The notes beneath the pieces were generated by a model. It did not search any database and was not told the DNA's origin. It worked only from the letters and a program-made list of their open reading frames with translations. A stretch of 60,000 nt of DNA, taken from NCBI RefSeq assembly GCF_037042905.1, contig NC_087245.1, positions 35,714,001 to 35,774,000 of the forward strand. Reading direction: 5' to 3'. Both the position numbers and the translations under genes were made by a program. Source of the DNA: Lytechinus pictus. Lineage: Eukaryota. This document shows, in pieces, positions 38,001-47,267 of the stretch (its first letter is position 1; each line of letters starts with the position of its first letter).

Positions 38001-41000
38001 AACTATATGTTCACTGATATCCTGGGAGGGCATTAATCATAAATGCCTTAAGTCATTCTGAATGAGAGGGGGGAATATAACATGTTTTCCTGATTTCATT
38101 TGCCTTTACTTTTGTTCTTTTAAATATACATTTCATTTTTATTTCAAATCTTTATATCAATGTGTTTACCAATTCATATTTTTTAATCCCCCCTTTTCTG
38201 TTGGTGTCTGTGGGTGGGGGTGCATGGGGGTAAGGGGCATAGTATTGTGTGTCACTACAAAAGATCCTATTTAGGTCAGGATCCTATATCAAAGAAAATT
38301 TGGAATTTCAATATCTTGAATTTGTGTACCTAATACATACCTGCGTGGATGCCGACTAACTGTTTCATGAAAACTTATCCAGTGAGTAGTAACCCCGGAG
38401 GTCAACAATTCCTATTACAGATTTCAGTCTCTGAGTCGTGATTTATTGAAAGAGTAAAGGTCCACAAACTCACCTTGCATTTGATCTCCTCAGTCTCTAG
38501 AAGGTTGATAAGAACCTCCAGTCCACCGACATCTCTGATTGCTAGCTGACAGGTCTCTTGAGCTAAGTTGAAATCTCGACAGGCGCACAATGCAATCACA
38601 GTAGCAGTCTGGTTACCTCCCTACAAAACAATCATTTCAAACAATGATTTAATTCTTATTATTCTTATTCAGTATTAATAAATTCAATCATTACATGAAG
38701 TACATATATACTTTTTTTTCAATTCATTTATATTCCAGTCCCAATTCATTTCAATTGTCACCATATTATGCTATTCACTGATTCACTCACATATGTATTT
38801 ATCTACTAATATGTATACATATGTATTTTATGTATTTACACATATGTATTTATCTACTCACAAGGTATTTATCTACTAATTACTATACTCATGCAATTAT
38901 ACATTTATCAATTACGGATTTGGGCAGAATGGCTTGCGAGATGTGATTGGCTGCAAAAAATCATCCTTTTTTCATGCAAGGTAGAAAAAAAATATATATA
39001 ATTACAAAATCAAGGGCATTCTTTATAGCTCTCTATTAATGTCTGTTACAAATAAGGACTGACTAATTAGAAAAATAGTAAAATTGCCAATTTAAGGAAC
39101 CAAAGTTAATCAAGAATTAGATTGTCCTTGGGCCCAGTAGAAGAAATGTTTGTGATGGTGTGCTAATATGAAAGAACAGTTCTGATAGGATCCTGGTCTA
39201 GGTTTTGAACAAATACACATGAAAACATGATTTTGATTGGCCAGTACCATACCACTTCAAGCTTTATGAAGGTCAGGGGATTATGCAACAAATATTTAGT
39301 GATTATCAGTGACTGTTTATCAAAAGCCACTAAAATCCTTGCTCAGAACAAATTAGTCAAAGAAAATTACTGACAAGATTAATGCGATCATGAAAGCCCT
39401 TGAAGATCTTTCTCAAGAATGGTTAAAATTCAGCCTTACCTTCAGGTATTTGACAAGTTTCTGAATCTGCCAGTACTCGGAAGGAAGATCTGAATTCTGC
39501 TCCTGTCTCCTGTCCGTTGTCTCTTCCTCCTCTTCAGACTCCGAAGAGCTGGAGGAGAAGTCGTCTTCCATGGCAGGGGTCTTGGACTTCAACCGATCAC
39601 TTCAAAAGATAAAAGCATAGGTATAACAAATCATGGCAGGCACTGTGTCATCAAAGTGAGAAGGAAAAATAGATGACTGTATTAGTGGCCCAATTAGTGC
39701 AGCGCTTTGTAACTGCGCGAGGAAAGGGTGCTTTATCAAATGGCAATTAAATAGTGCACCCACAAGTTTGTATCTGCTGTGAGATCTTGGAATCAGCAAA
39801 ATGACAGGTATATATATACAAAGCTCATGCATGCATGTAGACCTTTCAGATTTAACTTAAATGGTATTTCAACTCTTTTCCTTAATTTCTCCTCTTCTTT
39901 TTTTCTTCACTATTTGAGAGATCAAAGGAGAAAGTTAAGCAACAGCCTCCCTGCCCTGCAGTGTGAGACCCTGATAAGCACGTAGGTCGATGGTGAATCT
40001 GAATAAGTCTAATCAGATCTTTGGGTCCGAATCTGTATCACATCAACAATCATTCTGCTTTAACCGGTCGGAATGCATAAATGTTGTTGAAAAACCTTGC
40101 TTGAAAGCATAATTAATGCAGATTTCACTCTTAATTGGTTCACAGGATTATAGTTAAAGTTGTGAGGTTGGCGACGGCGACCAGAACCCACTTGGTTTTC
40201 AATACTTCTTAAAGGACCCAGTCATTTGTGGCTTAGATAGTTACCTCGTCTGTCTTGATATTTTTTCCTGTTTTTCCTTCTTATCGTCATCTTTCTCTTT
40301 GTTTAGATCGTTTTTCCAGTTTAGTGTGGCTTGTTTCGAGGTCTTGACTGGTTTAGTTTTCTTTCTTGTCTTTCTCTGTCAGGAAAAAAATACATTGACA
40401 TTAATTTGTGAAATACCATTTTGTAGTTGAATATGTGCACAAGCAATACAATTTTGTGTTTTTAACTACTACTAGTATCACATGGTAAACAAGAGCACGA
40501 ATAAGTGGCTATTATCATTATAATAAGTACAATGCCAAACGATCATAAACAAAACATTAAGTGATAAAATCCAAAATAAAGGCTTGATATATATAACAAG
40601 GAAAGCTGAGAAACATTGATGGAGGTGATTACTGGCACTTAAACTCAGGTTTCTTTAGGACATTGTCCTTTGACTCTGACATAACCAATATACAACGAGG
40701 GGTGGGGAAGAGGGAGGGGGGGGCAGAAATCCTATACCTCTTTCTTTTTCTTTTCCTCTTCCTTCTCTTCTTTCTTCTCTTCTCTTGCTGTTCTCTCCCC
40801 CGTACCATCCTCCTCGTCAAAATCCTCTTCGTAGTTGCTGATTTGCTCGGGGTTATTATCACCCTGCAGTTGAAATTCCTTACTGTCGATAACCTGCTTG
40901 AACTTGGCGCTCTTTGAAGAGAGCAGGGCAACAAGGCTGCGATAGATATTACCAACTCGTTCGTAGTCCATCTCTTCACCTTCTTTTTGACAGCCCTGGA

Positions 41001-44000
41001 GATAGGAAAGAGCGCAAAAAATAGTTTACTTTCTGTGTTATACTCCAGATTTTACAATTTAATACATCGGAAAGCATAAAATACATTAAAACAATGCAAA
41101 GACAATCTTCCTGCAAGAAGAAATGTGAATAACACAACACCAATGTACAGGGCCTTTATTCAATTTGAAACTAAGGCCAAAATTTTAAGTATTTTGCTAA
41201 CGTAAAACACATAACCATCTTTGGTATTCAACTGCATCATTTGGTTAAGTATAGTGCTTAAATCGAAGTCAGCCGCCTGTGTGACTTAAGTCTGGCTTGC
41301 GGGCAGTTTACAAATATGCATATACATTCGACCATGTTGCGCAAAGGTGGACATATTAATTTTGTTGAACAAGATTTTGCAATGAAGTTGCTGCAACTCA
41401 TGTAAGATTATGACTTCATGGACATAACGGGAGAGCTACATTAACATTTGTAATATGAAATGACGTCACACTTGGCAACTTTCCTGACATTGTGTTTGTT
41501 TGAGAAGCAGTGTCCAACTGTTACAATGTTAAAGCTAAGACAGAGGTGTATCAAGTCAAGAAAATGGCATGCATACAGGGTGAATCTTTAAATAGTAATA
41601 ATCAAGCAATAAACATTGATCTTTTAAAATGAAAATCTAATCTTGCGACAAATTTTAACAAAATACCCAGAAAATAAATTTCAAACTTCACCCTTTCCCT
41701 TTCCATGTTTATCTTTTCATCTTGTTGATTATTTTTCAAGAGCAAAGTTTAGATTTGATAGAGTGTTGAGTTTTTGGACAGGCCCAAACCTACCTTGTTT
41801 TCATAAATTCCAGCAGTATTGGCAGTCACTGAGATCTGGTCGGCATCATGAGGTTTGATGAGCAGATAGCCAATATCACCATGGACCTGTCTCCAGGGCG
41901 GGGCATGGCAACCATTATCAAACTGGTAGTCAGATGAGAAGCAGATTGACTCCAAGGCGCAGTGACTGTCATCACCACTGAACTTGTGAAGTAGTTCCAC
42001 CTCATCGTTCACTTGCTGTGGAGTCAGACGAATATCCCTACAAAAAACAGTAACACAGAGGGACCTTCAGAAACATACATAACACATAATTGCTCTGGGG
42101 ACACAACACTTTATAATTATATCTCGAAAAGGTGAAATGATAATAATGAGAGTGAAAAGGACGACTGTCATGGCAAAGCCTGAGATTATCCTTCCTTTGA
42201 AATGGTTCTGGTCCCTAATTTGATGCTAAATTATTGCCACACTAAAGGATGAAGGCAGATTATATTTCAACCTAAGAAAAGTTAAGTACAGTCTAATGTG
42301 CAGATTTTCCATCACAAGAATCGCCATCACTCCTCATAAAAATTTGCCCCCCCCCGACAAAAAAAAAACTGGCACTTACTCTGAAACCTCTGAGAGATAT
42401 TGGTTCATAAGCTGCATGTCAAAGTCTTTGATAAGAAGAAGAAGTTTGACCTTCAATCTCTTCTCTTGAGCCTCATCTGAGTCATCTTTCTGGGTTTCCT
42501 CTAACAGTCTTATCGCCGAGTTGTCCTCTCCTTCTACCGTAGCAAAGCCTTCGCCAAGGATCTTAGCGAGCGGATCTCTGTTGCCTGGGGGCAATGGATG
42601 AATAAAAAGAATATTCATTATTAAAAATTCCGAGAAAAAAATAGTCTCCAAATTATGAAAAGGCAAGGGATTTTCAAAGTTACGTCTCTTTTTGGCGAGC
42701 ATATTTAACTCAGCCAAGCTATCATGACATAAAATGAACAAGAACTACTACTACTAAAAATAATTTCTTTTTTATATAGCTTCAAACAGGTAATACTATA
42801 CTACATGTACATGTATGTAGTTGACAAGTTGGCATAAACTTTTTAATTTGTGCATTTGAAAAATATGACATGATTCTTACTTTCTAAGATAGCCCTCGTC
42901 TCTATCATCTTCTTCTCTCCAGCAACCCTGAGAACTGCAGCGAGCTGCTCCATAGATCGAACGGTAAGCTTGGAGTGTAGCTCACCAAGTTTCTGAAGTT
43001 GAAGCAGTGGCTGCTCATCTTTATCAGTTGCATTGGAACATACACCATCATCACTGTCAAAAGAATTACCAGAAAGCACTTTGAATATTAAATTTAACAA
43101 AAAAATCTTTAAAAAAGCAAATATTTTCATGAAGATTTCTTTTAATTTTGCTAAAAATATATTGACCCAAATTTAAAAAGAGGGCTAAAAAACTAAGAGG
43201 GTTAAAATGAAACCCTACCATAACCTTTCAAGTGCTTTAAAATTTGTAAATTGGTGTGACAGCTAGAGCAAACTTTTGAGAGTTTACCTGAAATTATACT
43301 ATTGGATCATATTTACTCTGCACCCCCTCAAAAAAAAAACCTAGATGGGGGGTTAACCTGGAGAAGATTCAACCCATTCTTCTAAATTTGGAACATTGTG
43401 TTTCATTATATAGAAAATAAAAAATCAATGACAGTGATTAATTAAGACTTCTACAGTTTACGTTCCCCCAAAACAGTGTGTTTATTGTTATCAGTAAAAA
43501 CAACCTCAAGTAAAGTCAAACGGATAGCTTTGCTTTTTAGTACAAGTAGTCAGTAGACAATTTTGGTTTCATTGAGCACAGAAACTTTAATTCTGGAATT
43601 CAAAAAATGGTAATAATAATGGTGCATTTGAGAGAGTAAGGGTTGAAAGAAAAGAGGACAAATTCCTTACTGAAGAAAAACACGCTATGACAAATGCTAA
43701 TGAGAACTTAAGCTGTTCATATCAGTGTGAGTGTGATCCGGGGGCCGTCTAATAAAGCTGTTCTTAAGTTAAGAGCAACTTTAAGAACGACTGGCTATCC
43801 CTTCTTACGCGCTACACCATCACCCATTTATTATACCATTTACCACAAGAAAGGATCACCAGTCATTCTTAAAGTCGCTCTTAATGTACGAACAGCTTTA
43901 TGAAACACCTACCAGGTGGATGTGTCATAAAGATGTTTGTTAGTTACAAGCGACTAAATTATGAACAACTGGTAATCCAATTTTGTGGTAAATGATATAC

Positions 44001-44361
44001 ACAGATTTCAATAGGTGTTGATTTTTAGTTCCTGTGAAAGGGTCACCAGTCGTGTGGTAAGTCACTCGTAAGTTATGAACGGCTTAATGAAACATGCATC
44101 TACCAGGATAAGACCACATTTTCCTTTAACTTACTTGTGTTCATAGTCTCCAGAGAAAGCCGATGCTTCAAGATTGGTTCTCCATTGTAGAGGGTTTCTG
44201 AAGACGAGGCAGGCTTCGTTTGGATGCTTGGAGGGGAATGGCTCTACGAACTTGATGATGCTATTGAGAAGACTCTCATTGACTGGTGTGAATTCCAGCT
44301 TTCCTTCACCGCCCTCACTGGCTGATGTCCACTTCGCTGCTCTTGTCAGGGTCTGACCCAT
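31956..44361 (-). CDS. ARMC4: Outer dynein arm docking complex subunit 2 / armadillo repeat-containing protein 4 (ODAD2/ARMC4), complete spliced gene of ~1047 aa. Exons 44361-44135, 43053-42881, 42584-42380, 42037-41794, 40995-40738, 40375-40245, 39599-39440, 38620-38474, 37796-37587, 36675-36439, 35892-35566, 35115-34931, 34415-34301, 33756-33568, 32948-32727, 32069-31956
   Basis: The spliced translation contains the ARMC4-specific peptides [91 protein letters not shown] and [25 protein letters not shown]. The 3144 nt stay in frame across GT-AG introns. Confidence 0.96.
32727..32948 (-). CDS. ARMC4: ARMC4 coding exon 15 ([27 protein letters not shown]...[11 protein letters not shown])
   Basis: tacag / gtaag. 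Confidence 0.95.
33568..33756 (-). CDS. ARMC4: ARMC4 coding exon 14 ([20 protein letters not shown]...[11 protein letters not shown])
   Basis: aatag / gtgag. Confidence 0.95.
34301..34415 (-). CDS. ARMC4: ARMC4 coding exon 13 ([38 protein letters not shown])
   Basis: catag / gtaag. Confidence 0.95.
34931..35115 (-). CDS. ARMC4: ARMC4 coding exon 12 ([36 protein letters not shown]...ADNM)
   Basis: aatag / gtaag, phase 0-2. Confidence 0.94.
35566..35892 (-). CDS. ARMC4: ARMC4 coding exon 11 ([20 protein letters not shown]...LLNDQPEE)
   Basis: tacag / gtgag, ARM repeats. Confidence 0.95.
36439..36675 (-). CDS. ARMC4: ARMC4 coding exon 10 (VALLDCA...[15 protein letters not shown]...[11 protein letters not shown])
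   Basis: tgaag / gtatg, ARM repeat. Confidence 0.95.
36777..37016. mobile_element. CACTA/EnSpm-like MITE
   Basis: TA|cactgcaaaa ... ttttgcagtg|TA, internal aacacc/ggtgtt repeats. Confidence 0.8.
37165..37321. mobile_element. Harbinger-type MITE with ggtaac/gttacc repeats
   Basis: Degenerate inverted ends. It shares a gtaacag...cagccaatca...aagga core with 45807-45963. Confidence 0.6.
37587..37796 (-). CDS. ARMC4: ARMC4 coding exon 9 ([27 protein letters not shown]...QHGGIRKL)
   Basis: tacag / gtatg, ARM repeat. Confidence 0.95.
38474..38620 (-). CDS. ARMC4: ARMC4 coding exon 8 ([49 protein letters not shown])
   Basis: tgtag / gtgag. Confidence 0.95.
39440..39599 (-). CDS. ARMC4: ARMC4 coding exon 7 ([53 protein letters not shown])
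   Basis: tgaag / gtaag, diagnostic peptide. Confidence 0.93.
40245..40375 (-). CDS. ARMC4: ARMC4 coding exon 6 ([43 protein letters not shown])
   Basis: gacag / gtaac, phase 0-2, LNWK motif also seen in vertebrate ARMC4. Confidence 0.78.
40738..40995 (-). CDS. ARMC4: ARMC4 coding exon 5 ([32 protein letters not shown]... charged tail)
   Basis: tccag / gtatag, phase 0-0. The donor lies in low-complexity sequence and is less certain. Confidence 0.8.
41794..42037 (-). CDS. ARMC4: ARMC4 coding exon 4 (DIRLTPQQV...[28 protein letters not shown]...IYENK)
   Basis: tgtag / gtagg, conserved NGC.APPWRQ..G.I.Y motif. Confidence 0.92.
42380..42584 (-). CDS. ARMC4: ARMC4 coding exon 3 ([14 protein letters not shown]...[10 protein letters not shown])
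   Basis: cccag / gtaagt, phase 1-2, NRDP..KILG motif. Confidence 0.88.
42881..43053 (-). CDS. ARMC4: ARMC4 coding exon 2 ([19 protein letters not shown]...RAILE)
   Basis: gacag / gtaag, phase 2-1. Confidence 0.86.
43741..44103. mobile_element. Tandem pair of palindromic MITEs joined by a CAG
   Basis: Copy 1 at 43741-43912, CAG at 43913-43915, copy 2 at 43916-44103 followed by CAG. Confidence 0.75.
44135..44361 (-). CDS. ARMC4: ARMC4 first coding exon ([26 protein letters not shown]...GDYEH)
   Basis: ATG at 44361, gtaagt donor, N-terminus resembles ARMC4 (MG..L...A.WT.A....G.LE.TP.NE). Confidence 0.88.
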
Positions 44362-44973
44362 CTTGAATCAGCTGAATTCAGATTGCTACACAAACAACAA
44401 GTAGAACAAAATATCAAAGAGCTTGCTTGGAAAGATCAGGGACGTTACCTGCCACAGCTGACAAGGCCTCAGACCAGCGTTGAAAATACACGGGAAAGAC
44501 GAGCGATTTCGCTCTCATCTGCTCTGGGATCGCTCCTGTTCGCGCCCGTACAGACTGTCTCCCATTGGTGCCTGTATAAAATAGTAGCCAGCGCAGCTGC
44601 AGGTATAGGCAGGCACGTAGTCAGCGCAGCTGCAGTTTTTACTTCCATGTATCATCGCTTTCTGGTGTGTAACTGAGTGGACTTTTTAGAATCACGAGCA
44701 CTGCGCTCCAGAAAATTCTGTATCAAGTTTCAAACTCTGATAATCCTAGGGTACTACATGTATTTTACAAAACGATACGCCGTACACGGCACCAAGTCTC
44801 GCTGTAACTTCAATGCAGAAAAATTATGGTTTATTCTTTTATTTGTCACTTTAATAGAAGATTTGATCATGAATTAACAAGACAATAAAGTTTGCGTACT
44901 CAGAACAAAAACCACAGATTTCTTCATTTTCAACGCATAGTATATTTCATTCATAATCCATATTTAAGTTGTA

Positions 44974-45621
44974 TGATGGGGTGTCCAAACTTCGCGCACT
45001 TTTCAAAAATATTCATCAGGCTTAAATTTTTTCACAAAATATTCATAATTTATACAAAACCAATTCAAGAAATAGTTACCACATTGACGGCAAGATCGTA
45101 AACTATAAAATCACGGACGAAAATGTAAAGTAGGTCAAGGGGATTCGCCGGTATCGCGATCTCAAAATTCTATTTCGATCGGCGAATGCGCACTATGTTG
45201 GAAAACCGTTCAGAAAAAGTGTGACCTAACTTCGCGGACCAAAGTTTTTGTGGACATTTAAACAAAAACTCAAGCTCAAAAAGTGAAATATTTATATCAG
45301 ATTGATGGCAAAATGTTATAGAATCGGTTAGTACCACATTTATCTCACATTTTTGATGATTTCTGCTTGCAAAATGGTGATATCGTGATGCTTGTTGAGA
45401 ATATCAGATTTCTTCAAAACGGGCGCGAACGGTGACAAATTTGCCGATCTTTTGCCAATATTTTCATGAATACTGAACTCATCCTAAAGAAATTTACATC
45501 AAAGGGTAATTTTAGGTTGCTTTTCACGTTGATGATGTCAGATTTTAAGGATATTGGCTAGTTTTTAAGATAATGACCGTCCGCGAAGTATGGACACGCG
45601 CGAAGTTTGGACTCACTGCCA
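44974..45621. mobile_element. TA-flanked non-autonomous transposon with repeated tccaaacttcgcg motifs
   Basis: TA|tgatggggtgtccaaacttcgcg ... cgcgaagtttggactcactgcca|TA. Confidence 0.72.
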
Positions 45622-45806
45622 TACATAATTACTATTAGGCCTACATGTAATATAACATTAATGATGGTAATTATTTACAACTTAAATGTAAATTTTCTAT
45701 AAATAATTATTTGTTGAACTTTTTCCCAAGTACCATCTGCTTGTGGAATGTCCTACCTACAACAGTGGTTTTGGCTCCTTCAACTGAGTCTTTCAGGAGC
45801 CACCTG

Positions 45807-45963
45807 GGGAGCGTTTCATGAAAGGACTTGTCGGACGTTTTATCCGACAAGTCCCATTTTATCTGACAGTTACTATAGTAACAGTGCCTCTCAGCCAATC
45901 AGAATCAAGGAAAGATGTCAGATCTGACAACTTGTCGGATGAAAGTGTTGATGAAACACTCCC
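45807..45963. mobile_element. Harbinger-type MITE carrying an X-box-like palindrome and a CCAAT
   Basis: CTG|gggagcgtttcat ... atgaaacactccc|CTG. Confidence 0.82.
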
Positions 45964-46027
45964 CTGGAACCACTCACCCTCCGTTAGCTCTCCAGTGGCA
46001 GTTGAGATGATCTTTTTACTGTCTATA

Positions 46028-46543
46028 TGGTTGGGGGTCCTAAAGCTACGCGGGTCCTAAAGCTACGCACCACTCATCGCGCATGCAATTCCAATGGCAA
46101 AATAAATGCGCACTCTAGCTCTGTGTGTGAAGCTGTGACGAACGATCCCTATTCAATTTTTCTACAGAGGCTGCAATAAATCCTTGAATGCAGAGAAAAC
46201 CAGCAAATGTTTGGAATTTCGGAGTTATATTCACTTTGATTTCATATTTTCCTATAATAATACGGACATATTTTAGAAATTGAGGCACAGGAAATACTAT
46301 TTCTTTGCATGATAAATTGAGTGTGTAGCTTTAGGACCCCTTCTACATCGGGCGGCGAAATTAAGAGGTGTTCGGAAAACACGGCGGGATTTTCGTATTA
46401 GTGAGTTTTGTGATATTTTCTTCTTGGTTAAGGATATTTAGAATATTTATTACAAATTAGTGAAAAATAATTGTTCAAATATTACAATTGGCATAGTTTT
46501 TATCATTTGGAAACAAAGTGCGTAGCTTTAGGTCCCCCCATCA
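46028..46543. mobile_element. TA-flanked non-autonomous transposon with repeated ggtcctaaagctacgc motifs
   Basis: The motif is in tandem at the left end and inverted at 46321-46340 and 46518-46539. Confidence 0.72.
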
Positions 46544-47267
46544 TATATATTATAGGCCTAGATCTAGTTTAATTTTGTTCAACTGAACCAAATGTCATGT
46601 GTCTTTGTGATTGCGGCCTCAGCCAAGTACGACTATACTCTGTAAAGAAGACTGTACTCAACGGAAGAAGAATAAGGCCCTGAATTTCCCCCAAAAATGT
46701 GCCATAAAACTCAGCCTGTTTTATGGCTTATGCTGACACTTTTCGGTGTGGCTTCAGACACCCTGATACAAAGTGTTCGGCAATACTATAAAGAAAAAAT
46801 ACTGATAACAATTAACATTGGTTAATACATATTTTTGTTTAATCAAAAGACAAAAGAGGATGCCACCCAACACCGCACACGACCCGCGCACTCTCCAGCC
46901 ACTCGGTCATGTTTTGCCCGTGTCCAGCCGCACACAAAAACCTCACACTCCGCTGTCTCCAGTCAATCACCTACAGACAAGTTTTTCTCACATTACGATG
47001 CATGTCATTAATAATACTTTAAACACGAGGATGGCATAATTTTCCTGAATAATATTCTTACCAACAATTATTTCTGAAAACGACTTTTCTCTCAATTTTT
47101 CCTTGTTTTAGGTTATGTTCTGTAGAGTTTCTTTTGATTTCAGTCAGCTAGAAAGAAGGCTTATTATGAGTCCCGTTGCTAAGCAAAGAACGCATGCGTA
47201 TACATGGTACGGGAATGTCTGCCGCCATCTGCGACAAAAAGTAAAGGTAAGTTCCGGGAAGTTCACC

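Noticed and set aside
39920..39970. Minus-strand [10 protein letters not shown], resembling a vertebrate ARMC4 linker peptide
   Set aside because: No convincing donor before an in-frame stop, and exons 6 and 7 already join in phase
40632..40675. Possible extra ARMC4 micro-exon ([13 protein letters not shown])
   Set aside because: It is phase-incompatible with the flanking exons unless rare GAG acceptors are used. The model is complete without it, and RNA-seq would be needed.
47148..47240. atggcggc (YY1-like / start codon) suggesting an extra gene start on the minus strand
   Set aside because: Short ORF with no recognisable homology and no supporting exons
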